64,000 bases of DNA from Chrysomallon squamiferum (lineage: Eukaryota > Animalia > Mollusca), in contig CM022669.1 in NCBI GenBank assembly GCA_012295275.1, positions 6,634,001 to 6,698,000 of the forward strand. Reading direction: 5' to 3'. A program made the translations under genes and the position numbers. Shown piece by piece: positions 39,002 through 64,000 of the stretch. The first letter of the stretch is position 1. Each line of letters opens with the position of its first letter. The notes below the pieces were generated by a model. That model worked only from the letters and a program-made list of their open reading frames with translations. It was not told where the DNA came from and did not search any database.

Positions 39002-39814
39002 GAGGCACACATAGACACACACTAACTATAAACAGGTATATTCACCACACACACACACACTCACACACGCACACCCACACAAACACACACCCACAGAGAT
39101 ATATATACCCACAAAGAAGCACATATACAGGGACATACACACAGACGTTCGCACATACAAGCCTACACACACAGACGCTGCGCTGCTGTCAAGCCTGATT
39201 TAAAACGCATACATACTTCCTCCTGGTCTCCCGCAGTCCACCCAGTAATTGTGTTTCAGCTGGTAGTAGCCGCACGACAGCGACCCCACGTCCATAGCAC
39301 AGCCCCGCGAGTGACAGCCTGACTCTTGCTGTACAGAAAATGAAAGACGTTTAGAAATAATGAATAGCTTTTGAAATGTCTGCGCGAATCTGCCATTTAA
39401 ATTATCGCAAATTTCCTTGTAGGTTTATTATTGTTTTCTTCTTCTTCTTCTTCTTCTTATTATTATTATTAACCTTATGAATATAGAAAACGAAGCTTAA
39501 GAGACAGCCACAACTGCCTTGCCAGTTAAGAAAAGTAATTGATTCCTAGCTCGATACAAACAGTAGTTGTTTTAACCAGATAAATTTCGGTTGCTGGTAA
39601 CAAGAAAATGTAGCGGCTTTTTTTGAAGAATATAAATACAACGACTATCAGAATACTAGCTAAAGTTCTTCAGGCACGTAAATAAGAAAAGAGATAATTA
39701 TTTCTGTGTTGATGATAGACGAATGAACGTATTTATAAAAAAAAATACTTACCAAACAAATACAGTGTAGACATCTGCTGGAAATTCCAGAAACTCCTGT
39801 AAGTATAAAACATT

Positions 39815-39864
<50 letters not shown>

Positions 39865-39911
39865 AACAACAACAACAACAACAACAACAACAATAATAAT
39901 AATAATAATAA

Positions 39912-39942
<31 letters not shown>

Positions 39943-40030
39943 AAATCATTTATTTGCATATACATATATATATTCCAGTTCTTTGTCTCTATTATTTACT
40001 CTTTCTTTTTTCTTTCCATTAGACACACAT

Positions 40031-40077
<47 letters not shown>

Positions 40078-40193
40078 AACCAAAACACACACATATACTC
40101 AGATATACGCACAGATTAACAATAATTATAAAAGAAATAAAACTAATATTCACCTGCAACCAAAGAAAACAAAAGAACCGCTGCGAAAATCAT
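38383..40193 (-). CDS. i-type lysozyme, copy 6, His-rich, inverted orientation (135 aa)
   Basis: Exons 40193-40154, 39796-39753, 39328-39217 and 38594-38383. MIFAAVLLFSLVAGVSGISSRCLHCICLQESGCHSRGCAMDVGSLSCGYYQLKHNYWVDCGRPGGSLEACG...CEDFARIHNGGPHGC...WHHVESHGCSRYS*. TATAAAG at 40251-40245. Confidence 0.95.
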
Positions 40194-42046
40194 GTTGATA
40201 AAACTACGATGTTCCACTTCTGTCAGCTGCGAGAACGTTTTCTCCTTTATAGAGGTGAAGTGCCACACCTCTGCGTTTTTATCTGTTGTCTACGAGTGTG
40301 TTACGTATGACACTGATATGTGTCACTCATACGCACGTGTTTCAGTGTGTATCTGCGAGTGTGTGTGTACAATATGTATGTATGTGAGCGTGTGTTTTTT
40401 GTGCATGTATGCATTTTTGTATGGGTTTTGTACATACTTATATGTATGTATGTATGTGAATATGTATGTATGTATGTATGTGTGTGTATTATGTATGTAT
40501 GTATGTATGTATGTATGAATGTGTTTATATATATATGTATGTATGTATGTGTGTATGAATGCATGCATGCATCCTTGTATGTTTATATGTAACGTATTTA
40601 TGTTGTATACTAAAAACTAAAGATTGATTTCTTTTCTTTCAGTTTTTGTTTTGTACCAGGATCATACGCGACATTGAATCAGCTACTTCAGCTGTTCTGT
40701 TTTAATTTTTTAAAACCTGAAATAGCCTTGTATGCATACAGAGTGGATTTTTTACTAAAATCTAAGGTTACTATGAACAGAACATTTACATACAAACATA
40801 TTTTTTGTTTTCTCCAAAAACTATTAAAAGGCCAACTTGTGAATCTTCAATGATTTCTTATTTCATAAAAAAAAATCTTTAATTTTGTGATTAGCAAACT
40901 GTATGTGAACAAACGACCGTGACACATATGTTCGGAGATAACAACTTCTGTTTCATGACTTTCTGATAACCCAAGCGACATCAATTTTAAATAACCTAAT
41001 TCTGGAGAAAATATAGTTTCTATTCGTTGTTTATAAATTTAGTACATTTAAACTGTTGTTCTATTTGTTTTTAAAAGTGTGTTCAGGAAGGCCGAATGAA
41101 ATGAATGACATTTATATACATTACAATCAGTATACTTCCAAGATGAAGTTTCACTTTATTTAGTACAGTAAGATGATATTTCCAATAACATGACGTGATT
41201 CCCTACAGTATGATGTCATTTCATACAACGTGTTCTCGTGTGTATAGTATATTATTTACTATAATCTAATTTTGTTTATTATAAACATGATAACGTTTTC
41301 TAGGCCATGATAACAATTTAATAGAAAACAAGATTATTAAGAAATGAAAGAACTTGTCACTGAGAATATTTGTGAATGGTCTTTATTTTTTTTATCACGT
41401 ATATACCTAAAACATAGACATATACATACATCTATACATACACAGACACACATACATGATACATACATATACATAAATACACAGAAATATATAGATATAT
41501 ATCCATACCTGCAACACCTATATATAGATATATGTAAAGAGATATACACACATACACACAAACAGATGCATACATATGATGCCATTCATTCGAGACCTGT
41601 CAGTATTTGTGAAGTGGTAAATGGACGAGTTGTCTTGTGCCATTGCTTTCACAAATATCTGTGCAGAATCTAATTAGACGTACATAAGATTTTCATTCTT
41701 TAATACGTATTTCCCTACACAAATACACACCCGTTCTCTTATACAGACACAACAGGCGTACAAACGTACATACAAGCGCACCCGAGTCAGACAGAGATCT
41801 AGACATAGACACTGACAAAACAGAAAAACATTTGTTGTTGTTGTTGTTTTTATTTAAGTTCTATAACTGTGGCATTATAGCTGAATAAAAACCATTTATA
41901 GTCATAACTGAACCCATAATTTGAAATTAAATATTCTGACAATAACGAGACGTGAGCTGTCCAGAAACAAACAACAACCTACTGACACAGGTCACTAGGT
42001 GTTTCAAATCTGGGAGCGTAAGATAACGATACAGATATAACGGTTA

Positions 42047-42152
42047 TAGACGGATCCAGGGGGTGGCATGCGACCCCTCCCATATGTTAATGAGATAATA
42101 ATTATTTGGACACTTGAGAAATCCCTTTTTCTGTAACGATACATCCGCCCTT
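42047..42152. mobile_element. Possible short MITE relic
   Basis: Imperfect terminal inverted repeat gacggatcca ... tacatccgcc on a GC-richer island. Related-looking ends occur near 30630 and 47685. Confidence 0.3.
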
Positions 42153-45100
42153 GATAAATATTAAGATAGAAAAAATATATTATGTTTAAAAAAGAGATTG
42201 TCAATTCAGATTTTTCAACTGCAAATGGTGATTCCTTATTCGTTTTCGTTAATTAATATTAAAGTGAGATTTTGGTGAAAAACAGTATTTATATTATTAC
42301 AAATAGTCTGATAATTAACAAATGTGTGTTGATCAATACCTGTACGAAGAAAACTGTGCGTACTACACAGAAATGAAAGAAAGAAGAAAAGAAAGTGAGA
42401 GGGAGTGGGTGATACAGACTAAAAGATTCAGAGAAAGCAGAAGGAAAGAGAGCGAGAGAGACATCTAATAAATTACTATTATTATTATTATTATTGTTGT
42501 TGTTGTTGTTGTTGTTTTTGTTGTTGGTTGTGGTGGTGGTGGTGTTAAAAATCATAATAATATAACATAAAAAACACTATATAATTTATTCCATAAGGCG
42601 ATATTTTACTGCTATTTTTTACGTTTTTATCATTATACATTTACTCTGAAAACGTTTGCTGGATTAATGCATGTTATCCTAGTTTGTAAGCCTTTATCTT
42701 TGTCCACTTCTTTCTCCAGTATTGTAAAAGGTTAGTATTATTATTATTGTTATTGTTGTTATTATTATTATTATTGCTATTATTATTATTATTGTTCTTG
42801 TAGTTTATATCATTTTTTATATTATTATTATTGTTATTATTAGTAGTGTTATTGTCATTGTTGCCAATTCTCTTTGTGATTACAGGCTAATGGCTATATC
42901 ATAATTGTGTAGGGTAATCGTTCACACTTCATGACTGTTAATGTGCTAAGTTACTGTTACATACTATTCACTCATGCATGCCTCACAGGATACAAATCTG
43001 TGTTAAATCACTCTTACACGACGCAGAAACGAGTTCGATGTCGCTGCAACGTAATTATTGCTCTGAATTCATTTTGTGTGTGTGTGTGTGGATGTGGGTG
43101 TGTGTTTCTGGTGGGTTTTTTATTTTATTTTATTTTTTTGTTGTATTTTTTTCGTTGTCCTATTCCAGTTTGATATTGAAAATTAATGGACTATTTAATG
43201 GACAACTTGCAGTGTTACTTCGTCAGAAGCCGTTCGGTTATCACTGATATTTTAAACTGTATTCCGCGGTGATGTTTTGTACGTTGTTGTCTGTAATTGC
43301 ATGCTGCAGTTCTGTGACTAGAGTGCTCACCTAACAGCTTGCAGTATCAACCCTCAGCAAGGCAACGTTTTAGCTATTTTTCCGTCCAGCCAGTGCTCCA
43401 TGACTGGCTTATCAAAAAATCATTGGAACATATTTTCATGTCGATGGTGAGTTGTACATAGAAAATCACTTGCAAGTTCACAAAAAAGAAAAATGAGTAC
43501 CCAACGACAAAATCGAATTCCATTTCCATGGTGACCAAGCATATTTGTGACGACAAATAACAGTATTTTTAAAATATCTTACATGTGTCATTAAATAAAA
43601 CCTTTCTTCCTTTCCTTCCCGTACTTGTCTCACAGCTTTTTATCTTCCTTTCCTGTCAAAAAATTAATTTTATCTTTTTAATGATGACGATCTATAATTA
43701 AGAATGAAATCAGACTGGGAAAATGTTGGTTAAGACATTGCCTTTAGACAAACTGGTTCTTGGATTGCTTCCAGATACTGGATCAGAAATAAAGTGATAC
43801 TGGTATATAACAGAATCTTCTTCTTATACATTGACGAAAGTCTGTATCGAGCAGACAAAATACACTCAGTAATCATGTGCCCATAAGAGGCGTACTTTGA
43901 TATCCAATAGATGTAAGATGTTTATAAAGTGCTACCTTACTGATACCAACTAATATTTGATTTACAACAGAATTTAATATCGTGTTGATGACAAAAGCAA
44001 ACAGATGGACAAAATTAAACAGAAATTGTTAACTATAACAGCTACGTAAACAGGTAAACTCAACAGATTGTCGTTTTCTTGCTGAAAAATGTGTTTCGTG
44101 GAAATAAATGAAAACAGAATACAAATTTAATAAATTTCAGGGCAAAAGCCTCATGTAGTTAAACATATAAAGATTATATTGGAAACGCGATATCAAATTA
44201 CGTTGTAGCTTATAAATTAGATTTAGTCGATTGTAAGAAAATATCTGAACGGGGTCATTCATCAAACTGTGTTAATTTACACAGCTAGTCTATTATGTAA
44301 ATATATAAATCAAACCTTTGTTTAAAACCTCATTTATCTTGCAGTTACTTGGTCACAAACTCGTTGTTTAGTCTCTTTCAGTCGTTAAAGCGTAGCACAC
44401 AACACATTATCAGTCCAGCAATTAGAAATCATTTATTCGTTGTTAAAATGATAAAAGTTGTAGGAGGAATTGTGGATAACTCGTAATACGTGGTTTAAAG
44501 AGTCAATGAGTTTTTTCATTCTTTGTTAATACTGTCATTTATTTGATTTGAATAATAATGGGACTTCATTCCTACGTTAGTATGAACATTAAGCGATAAA
44601 ATAATTCTGTGCGTCCTGAAACAGAATATCAATAATACGTTAGATATATGATATATCGTGAAATACATTTAAATATTTCTTCTACAAATTTAAAAATGTA
44701 TATATGTGACAAGTAATGTTTAAAATCGGGTAATCTGTATTGTGCGTGATTTATAAAATCTTTACAGCTTCTATCTTTGCTACTATGTTCTTTGTGAAAT
44801 GAAAGATTTTTTATTCACTGTAAATGTAAACAAGATGCTCTATTATTTAAGTACATAATTTATTTCAAACAAAACTCTCCACAAAAATAGTGGTAAAAGA
44901 AAGAAAGGAAGAAAGAAATACTTAGAGAAAACTTCAAATAAATAAAGATTTCAAAAAGAATTACTTTTTAATGTCCCGTTGTTTTAAAGTATATTAATAG
45001 TTGCCGAAATAGATATATTTTCAGCTTATAGTTTATATAAAAAAAAAAATGTAGCTTAAAAGGTGACTGGCCGTGACAAAAATGACTGGAGTTTACAGAA

Positions 45101-45556
45101 ATGTTTTACGTATGTATTATATAAATAGGTTCATAATTTAATGAATTAAATCAGATTTCGTTTCATACGATTTATATGACGTATGTTTGTATGTATGTCT
45201 GTATGTGTGTATGTGTGTATGTATAAATGTATGTATATGTATGTATGTATACGTGTACTTGTGTATGTACCTATAACCACATGGCGGTGTATGGACGTAG
45301 ATATCCGTGTGTAAAAAAAAAAAAAAAAAAAGCTGTACTGACAAAATCATCCATTTAAATGATTAGAAATGTGTTAACAACTCAAGGTTGTATTCTAACA
45401 AGGCACGATCATGGGAAAACGTGTATAAAAATCTATTTATTAAAACATCCACTCTTAATCATGAAACAGATTCCTGGAAATGATAAAAGTACCTCTCAAA
45501 TGTAACTCCATTTGGGTTTATTCTAAATATGTTAAGCGTACTGACAAAGTATAAGC

Positions 45557-46342
45557 TTAGGAGAATCTGGTGCAACCATAAGCCTGAACATGCTTCCAGA
45601 AGTGGATTGTGTTTGTTTACGACATCCATTTGGTCCGCCAATGTGGATTCTGGCGAAGTCTTCACAAGTTGGTGTAACTCCGTGCGTGCAGTGACGTGCG
45701 TATCTCCTCATAACAAATATTTCATTTGCATCACACAAACTTTGTCCTGGTACAGGAGATCCAATTGTTTTAGACGTTTAACAAATATTTCATTTCTGTT
45801 CCGTTTATTTCTGTGCTTTCTTGGATTTCTCTAACTTTTACTGTGTGCATATCTGTCTACATTCTGTCCGTTTACACACTTTCTTGGACACACACACACT
45901 TTTATATATATACATATATATTTGTGTATGTATGTGTGTGTGTGTGTAGAAAATGTACAACAGCATCAAGTTTAGTTGTGTTACATACATGCACCAGGTT
46001 TTCCACAGTCATGCCAATAAGAGTTTGTCAGCTGATAATAACCAACAGTAGGGGCATCTATTATCATATATGCAGTTCGACAACCAGAGACAGCCTTTTT
46101 TTTATTGAAAATAAAAACGTCCAGAATTAGTTTAATATTAGCAATACTAGTAATGGTAGTAGTAGAAGTAGTAGTTGGTGTTGTTGTAGTAGTAGTAGGA
46201 TGAAAAGGACGGGGGAGCAGTAGTAGTGGTACTGACTGGTGCTGGTGATGCTGATATTGTTAACAATAGCAGCAAAAACGTAATTGCAGTGGTATAGTAT
46301 TAGTGTAGTAGCATTAGAAACAGGAGTAGTATAGTAGTAGTT

Positions 46343-46388
<46 letters not shown>

Positions 46389-47064
46389 AAGTAGCTGTAG
46401 GTAAAACAATGGCAATAGTTATAACAGATTTTGTAGGAGTCCTAATCGTTCTTATGTTATAGTCGTATTATTGTTACTATTTTTATTACTAAAAGTAGTT
46501 TTAATAGTAGTTGTTTTTACTGGTAGCTGCAGCATGTCTTATATAGTACAGTAGTGTGTTTAGTGCACAGTGACGGAATGTAAATACAGTGGTAGTCAAT
46601 AGTACTGGTAGCTGCAGATAAAACATACATATACACACATAGATATTTTTAAACAAAATTGAAAATGCTATTTTTACATATGTCAAATATATAAACATCG
46701 ACAGTTATTCCAGAGGAGCTGTGAATGAAAAACAAAAATATGATGTTTCTGAGAAAACAGGCAGAGAACGTGTGTGTTTCAAAATGTGGAAATTTGTTAC
46801 TGAGTAACCACAGGTGACAAAAAGTAAAAATGAAATAAAAAAGGAAAACTTCGTTAACCAGTTTGAAAAATGGACATTATACTGTTTGATATGTAAAAAA
46901 AGTCTTCTGAGTTGCAAACTGTCTTTATCTTTGTTTTGTTTTTTGTTTTTTTTTGTCTCCACTGATAATGAGGATCATGAAGATGATAATATGAAAAAAG
47001 ACTAAAAGCAAGAAGATTATTAAGAGTATTATTATAAACAAGTGAAACATAACAACAACATATT

Positions 47065-47096
<32 letters not shown>

Positions 47097-47103
47097 GAAC
47101 AAC

Positions 47104-47152
<49 letters not shown>

Positions 47153-47212
47153 GAAAGCAGAAGAAGAATTACCTGCAAAAAACGGGAGAAAAACAAAGAA
47201 AAGAAAAACCAT
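45557..47212 (-). pseudogene. Divergent i-type lysozyme-like pseudogene, copy 7
   Basis: Exon 1 at 47212-47173 (MVFLFFVFLPFFA G|gt) is 40 nt, as in copy 6. Exon 3 at 46094-45989 is open (AVSGCRTAYMIIDAPTVGYYQLTNSYWHDCGKPGA). Exon 4 at about 45765-45557 lacks the AG and is frameshifted (MRRYARHCTHGVTPTCEDFARIHIGGPNGCRK / NTIHFWKHVQAYGCTRFS*). Exon 2 was not securely found. Confidence 0.8.
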
Positions 47213-47895
47213 TTTCAAACCCATCACTGTAACAGTCTTAGTGGAAATACCTTGTTTCTGTTATCAAACCACACCTTGTCCTTATCCAGATTTAATCTAC
47301 TTTGTTACTTTTTTCGTTTGTTTTTGTAATGTATATTATCAGTTTGTAACTCGTTTTCGTATCATATATATATATATATATATATTCGTTGTATGTGTGT
47401 ATTTGTATTTTATATGTGCTTGTATGTGTGTATATAGGTAAATGATAGACTCAAAGAGAAAAAGAGAAATATACAGAACACTAGAAACAAGACCATTTCC
47501 ACAGAATATTTCTTTCTTTCTTTCACCCATTATTTTTTTTTTAAATTTATTTTCATTCTACGTTTCTTTTTATTTTATTTTATTTTTTGTTTTTATTTTT
47601 TATTTCAATTTATTATTCATTCATCCATTTTATTTTATTTTATCTTACCCTTTCCATTTTATTTTTTTCAGAGAAATTAATAGGGGTGGATCTACTTTGA
47701 AACTTATTAATGCTAAACTTCAGGGCCCCAATCCCAGAAGATTTCCCGATTATAACAAAAACAAATATTGAAAGCGATGAGATTTTATAGCACAACCAGG
47801 AATCACAAGTGAAGAAAACCTAATGTTTTACTAATTTCCAAATAACACACACGTACACACGCATCCACAAACATTGTGTTCTTTTCAATGCTTTA

Positions 47896-47969
<74 letters not shown>

Positions 47970-48328
47970 GCTTTTAACTGAATACAAACAGCAAACTGTT
48001 AAAACGAAAGTTAATCATATATATATATATTTTATTATATATAGATAGCGAAATTTTGACCATCTTTCCATGGGAAGCTTTCTTAGATGACTTCGTTATT
48101 CTTGTGGCTCATAAAGTTAATTTTTTAAAAAATTCTAAAATTGGGAAAAAAATGAATGAATGAATGAACGAACGAATGAAGACTAGTAAGTAATAATAAT
48201 AATAATAATAGGCAACAAAACTTAATCATAGCCTGCTTGAGTTTTTTTAATTCAAGGGAGGTAAATAGGAAGACTAGTAAGTGGAGCCTATGTAAACACA
48301 TTAGACAAACCAATAAATAATAATAATA

Positions 48329-48360
<32 letters not shown>

Positions 48361-49201
48361 AAAAGAAAGAAAGTCGGAAAAGGACAAAGAAAAAGAAAGA
48401 AAGAAAAAAGAAGAAAATTTGATGTGACTTTTCTTACCTCCCTTGATTTAAAATGCTATACTGAATGTTATTCTCTACGATGTTAATAAAAAAAAACATT
48501 TTAACTGATTTGACAAGTCAAATATAACTTCGGTATTTTATATTATTAAAGTTTTATTATTAAAATTTTATATTCTAAAAATTATAGCGACTTGATTTTA
48601 CGAAACGTATCAAAGATCAGCGTGATTGGTAATTTGAAAATTCATAGATTCTTTGCTTCGACTTGGGATAATCCACTCGGTCTACGAAACATTAAAAGTT
48701 GGATTAAGTGGATAAAACTGAACGCTGAAGATCAACTGGGAATATTTTTGTGATCAAGCGAATACCGTCTCTGCGTGAACTTACACTAATTTCCACAAAT
48801 TGATCGGTTTAAGCTACGCTTCAGTGAGTTATTCAGCTAAATAATAAATCAGGAGTACCAGTCTCTTTGAAATTAATTCACTGTTTCCGTGTTCACGCGA
48901 GATCTCAAGAGAAATGTAAGTAATGTGTGCTCTGAGCATGTCGTTAATCATTCATATTCATACACAGTAATGCGGTTTTTACGATCTTAATGACTTTGTA
49001 CCTCATAAATAATAAGTGGGTATCAATATTTACAGTCATTTTATTAGAAATATTTAAACTGTTTGGTAATACTATAAATAATGGTTATTGCATTGGAAAA
49101 TTGGCTTGCTGTTTTCTGTATTTATAAAGATATCTAAAGAGGCCTACTTAAAATTCTCAGATAATAAATAAATAAATAAATAAATAAAACACGAATACCA
49201 A

Positions 49202-49232
<31 letters not shown>

Positions 49233-50028
49233 AATATATTCAAATATAATTACTATTTGTCGTGTTACTTATTCTTTTATTTTCTACTCGATTTCGAAAA
49301 TTGGTCAGCTCTGTGACACAGAAAGCTTATTTATATATTTTTAAAGAATTAAAAACAAAAAAACAAAAACTAAAAAAAAGAGGAGAGAACATGTCACGTG
49401 TTAATAAAATGCCCAGCGGTAACAATTACAAAGCAGTATTCAAATTAACTCCATCAATCGACTTCAGTGTAGCATTTTTAAAATGTAAATTTTTAGAAAG
49501 GTGATCATCAAATTTCCTTGTGTTGTTTTGGCCAGTTTCCATGGTGTCACTGACGTCACGGTTATCTTCTACTCTGGTTCTTTCTGACAATTCTATAGAA
49601 TTATTTGCATTAGCAACTGCGGACGTGAACAGTAATGAATGTGGACACGGTAATGTACAATTATTCAAATGAGAATCAAGTACAATGTTTACTATAATTT
49701 ATGACATCAAAATAAATTACTTTATAAGAATGCAACATGCATAAGATTTCAGTGCCATTTTTATAAATATTACACTGAACAGCAGTCTTTACTAATAATA
49801 AAGGACGACAGTGATGTAACTGTGTATTTATAGTCTACACTTGATGCCACCTTGTAGTTAATAATTTATAAAGTAAATAAACAAACAAACAAGCAAACAA
49901 ACAGACAGACAGATAGATAGATAGACAGATAATAGAATCATAAATGGATAAATAAAAAAATACATAAAAATAATAAGCATATATAAATAACTAAATAAAT
50001 AAACAGAAAGATATAACATTTTGTTAAG

Positions 50029-50089
<61 letters not shown>

Positions 50090-50435
50090 AAATACTATAT
50101 AAGGTATGTCAGTGACAATACATTCTCTGTGTATCTCCTCTGACGTATCACAAAAGTTCAAAGACAGCTCTCCAGATACTAATACCCACTTACTTGGAAG
50201 AAGGATGTTGATGTCAAAGAAAATATAGAAACCAGTTTCAGAATTTGAAGCTGATAGAGTCACAGTAATTATAAGTATCAATTTCAGACTATTAGAGAAA
50301 AAATGTTCAGTTATAGAGCGGTGTTAAAGATGATTTGTTTTGCTGGAATCATGTTTATTGTATCAGTTTCATTCGATCATGAGAATTATCAATAAAGTGA
50401 AATTACAGTGCCTTTTCTCTTTCTTTTCTCTCTTA

Positions 50436-50553
<118 letters not shown>

Positions 50554-50612
50554 TCGACATTATCTATGCCAACTAACGGAGAAAAAGAAAAGAAAAGTAA
50601 AAAACATATATA

Positions 50613-50664
<52 letters not shown>

Positions 50665-51208
50665 CATACATACATACATACATACATACATACATACATA
50701 CATACATACATACATACATACATACATACATACATACATACATACATACATACATTCATACATACGAAACATTATATAAAAAAAAAAATGCCGATAAGTT
50801 TTACATCTCTTTTGTGTCAGATATATCCAATACCTTTACACTGTGTACTGAGAACATTATCCTCCAGGTGAATGTTTATAGACAAACAGGAGATCACAAT
50901 GAAATAAATTAGCTGTTATCAGAGGAAGCTGTGTGAGTTAACAGCTGTGTTTCAAATTACTCAGAGTTCTGTTTCAAATCGTATCAAACTGTAGCGCGTA
51001 GTGTAAAGCTAACATCGTGCAAGGTGGATTACAACAGTGTCAAGTCTTCTTCGAGTCCCATTGGCCTTTTCTTCTTTCTGCTGGTGTTTGTTACGTCACT
51101 GGTCGTGTCTTGCAATTCCAGCCAATGGGAAGGTGTAGCTGTTGTTGCTAACTGATAAGAGTAACCCATTGATTGTTAATAATTAATCAGACATTAAAGG
51201 GAAAAGAA

Positions 51209-51240
<32 letters not shown>

Positions 51241-52659
51241 ACCAGCACCAATACCAGCACCAATACCAACATTAACCGGACAACCATCACCACCATGACA
51301 ATTACCAACAACGACAACAACAGCATCATCATCATCATTATCAACAACACCAGTGGCATTAATAATGATAAATTAACAAGCTTTGAGATCTAATACCCGT
51401 TAATAACCTAATCTGTCTTTCATCCATGCACGAAAAACAAACACAAAAGCAACAATGTAAAAAATAATACTATAAAAATATTTCATTGTGTTTTCATTTA
51501 ATGAAACATTTTACACACAGCTGATTCGAAATCTGATAGGGCAAAAGATAACATTCAATAAGAATGCATGTTTACAGAAATGATTTGCTCAAATAATAAA
51601 TCATAAAGCATTTGTAAAGGAGCATGTCACATACATAATGTTTCATTTTATAGTGATCTTTTTTTTTTTTCTTAAATATCTGGAATGTAAGTAAACTAAT
51701 GTTTATTCTAAAGGGTGTAATTTCAATATTTTAATATATCTCACTTACTGACATTGTAAATTATCAAATTACGCTAATAAACACACACACACACACACAC
51801 ACATACTCATGCATATATTGTCATTATTATTATTATTATTATTTTAGGTTTCATTTTATATATAAAAATACACACGCACAAGCACACATTTTTTTTCTCT
51901 CTCTCTCTTTATGTGTCAGTATGTGTATGTATTGTGTATGTATGTGTGTGTGTGTGTGTGTGCATATATATATATATATATATATAATATAAGCGCGTGT
52001 GTGTGTTTGTGTGTATGATGTCTTTAAAATATATTTATATACAAGAAACAACGTTCACAGAGAATGCTGTATTCAGTTCTTTATAATTTAAGTTATTTGA
52101 TTCAAACTTTTTTGGACCCGGTGAAGACAATCACTGGCAAAATAAATTAATTAACTTATTCTTTCTTACCTGACGCAACTTTAAATATTAATGGACATTC
52201 AATAACAGATTATCAACACGTAATCTTCTGAAGACAAAAAACCGTTGCTTGGAAACAGAGAAATTATCATCTCCATCGTTCATTACAACACATAAAATAA
52301 ACTTTGCAAAATCTCATTTGTGTGTTTGTATGTGTCATTATTTTTGTTTTTGAAACTTTTTTCTTTCTTTACTTCTTTTTTTTTTTTTTTTTTTTTTTTT
52401 ATTCGACTGTTGGATGCATTTTGTCCTCGGGTCATCAGTTGTTTATTTCCCGTTCCAAACGGCACTTATTTGACGTTTGCTCTCTGTGGAATGTATTGCA
52501 ATTTAAAAATACTCATACTTTAGTTGTTTTTTTGTTCGGACTTCCCCCCCCCCATTTCTTTGGTGCCTTTCTATGATATGCTTACTTCCCTGTCAATTTG
52601 TTTATTTGATTTGGACTTCTTCTTTTTTTTTTCATTTCTTTAACTGCAAAATTCTTGTA

Positions 52660-53105
52660 TAGGCTGATCGACATTCTCTTGTACATTTACCTGTGTGTAA
52701 AATTATCAATATTCATTCTTCGACTAATCAGTATTCACTGTAGATTGATGAGCATTCGTGTGCAAATTGATCAATACTCGCTTGTAGATTGATCGACATG
52801 AGAGTCTATTCTAACACACGTACACGCGTAGGTTGACTAGTCAACATCAACTTAAAGACTGACCAAAATCTTCCGTAGTAATCAGCAAATCAGAGTTATA
52901 AACAATACATTACAGATTCACTGAAGCTCGTGTTTAGACTAATGAACATTCACGTGTAGACTCATCAACACATGGGTGTAGACTGATCAATACTTGGATG
53001 TAGCCTCGTGAACACATCAACACCCGAGTGTACACTTTTCAACACCCGGGTGTCGACTAATAAACACCTGGGTGTAGACTGATCAGCTCACCGGGTGTAG
53101 ACTGA

Positions 53106-53110
<5 letters not shown>
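52660..53110. repeat. Degenerate minisatellite of about 22 bp (GTGTAGACTGATCAACACCCGG-like) at the GPCR 3' end
   Basis: Recurring gtagactgatca / gtagattgatc units, best conserved next to the GPCR stop codon. Confidence 0.8.
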
Positions 53111-63712
<10,602 letters not shown>

Positions 63713-64000
63713 CTTGATTAGAGCTCGGAGCCTGTCTTGATGAGGTCGTTCACAATATTGCTGCTGATGTCTCTGTCAGTGCTGACGCACCGACGACACT
63801 CAGTAATTACTTTAAATTTTACCAGTGTAATCTGATTGTGACAGTGTTATTTTATAAGTCGTTCCATATGCATCCGTTCTGCATTCAAAAACCAAACCTG
63901 AAGATCCATCAGCCAATGAGACTAATGAGAAAAATTCCGGTGTCATCGAAATTCATATCATGCTGTTCATCTCATGATAATGTAAATAGTCCTGTGGAGA

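Noticed and set aside
38602-39198. 198-aa His/Thr-rich ORF and similar poly-ER, poly-LS, poly-N, poly-I and MYVC ORFs across the window
   Set aside because: Translations of (AC)n, (AG)n, (AAT)n and (TACA)n microsatellites. This one is antisense within lysozyme intron 3.
43368-43430. Fragment ccagccagtgctccatgactgg reminiscent of a gastropod SINE body
   Set aside because: Short, single occurrence and based on recall only. It needs a Dfam/Repbase search and cannot be used to assign species.
46520-46612. Candidate exon 2 of lysozyme pseudogene copy 7 (ATSTIDYHCIY...)
   Set aside because: The position and acceptor are plausible, but there is no CLxCIC motif or matching donor, so it is too weak to call.

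Overview
AT-rich, microsatellite-dense, intron-containing animal DNA. It is probably lophotrochozoan/molluscan, inferred from i-type lysozymes, TTAGGG repeats and GPCR type; this is not proven. There are three blocks. (1) 65-14316, minus strand: three tandem paralogous genes invisible as single ORFs. Each has a TATA promoter, a 52-nt signal-peptide exon (MKV/ILLFTLFVILYF...), phase-1/1 exons that each encode one 6-Cys half-VWC/pacifastin-like module ending in CT-x3-C, and a terminal exon matching the pacifastin (MEROPS I19) consensus. Predicted products carry 2, 7(-8) and 2(-3) modules with variable putative P1 residues. (2) 19182-47212: an i-type (invertebrate/destabilase) lysozyme array of 4-exon genes, with four intact copies and one disrupted copy on +, and one intact His-rich copy plus two relics on -. 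(3) 53106-63712, minus strand: a two-coding-exon class A GPCR (356 aa, 9.5-kb intron). The two effector clusters are head-to-head across a garbled minisatellite. No rRNA, tRNA or CRISPR was found, and nearly all ORF-track entries are microsatellite artefacts. All gene models were spliced by hand and lack transcript support.
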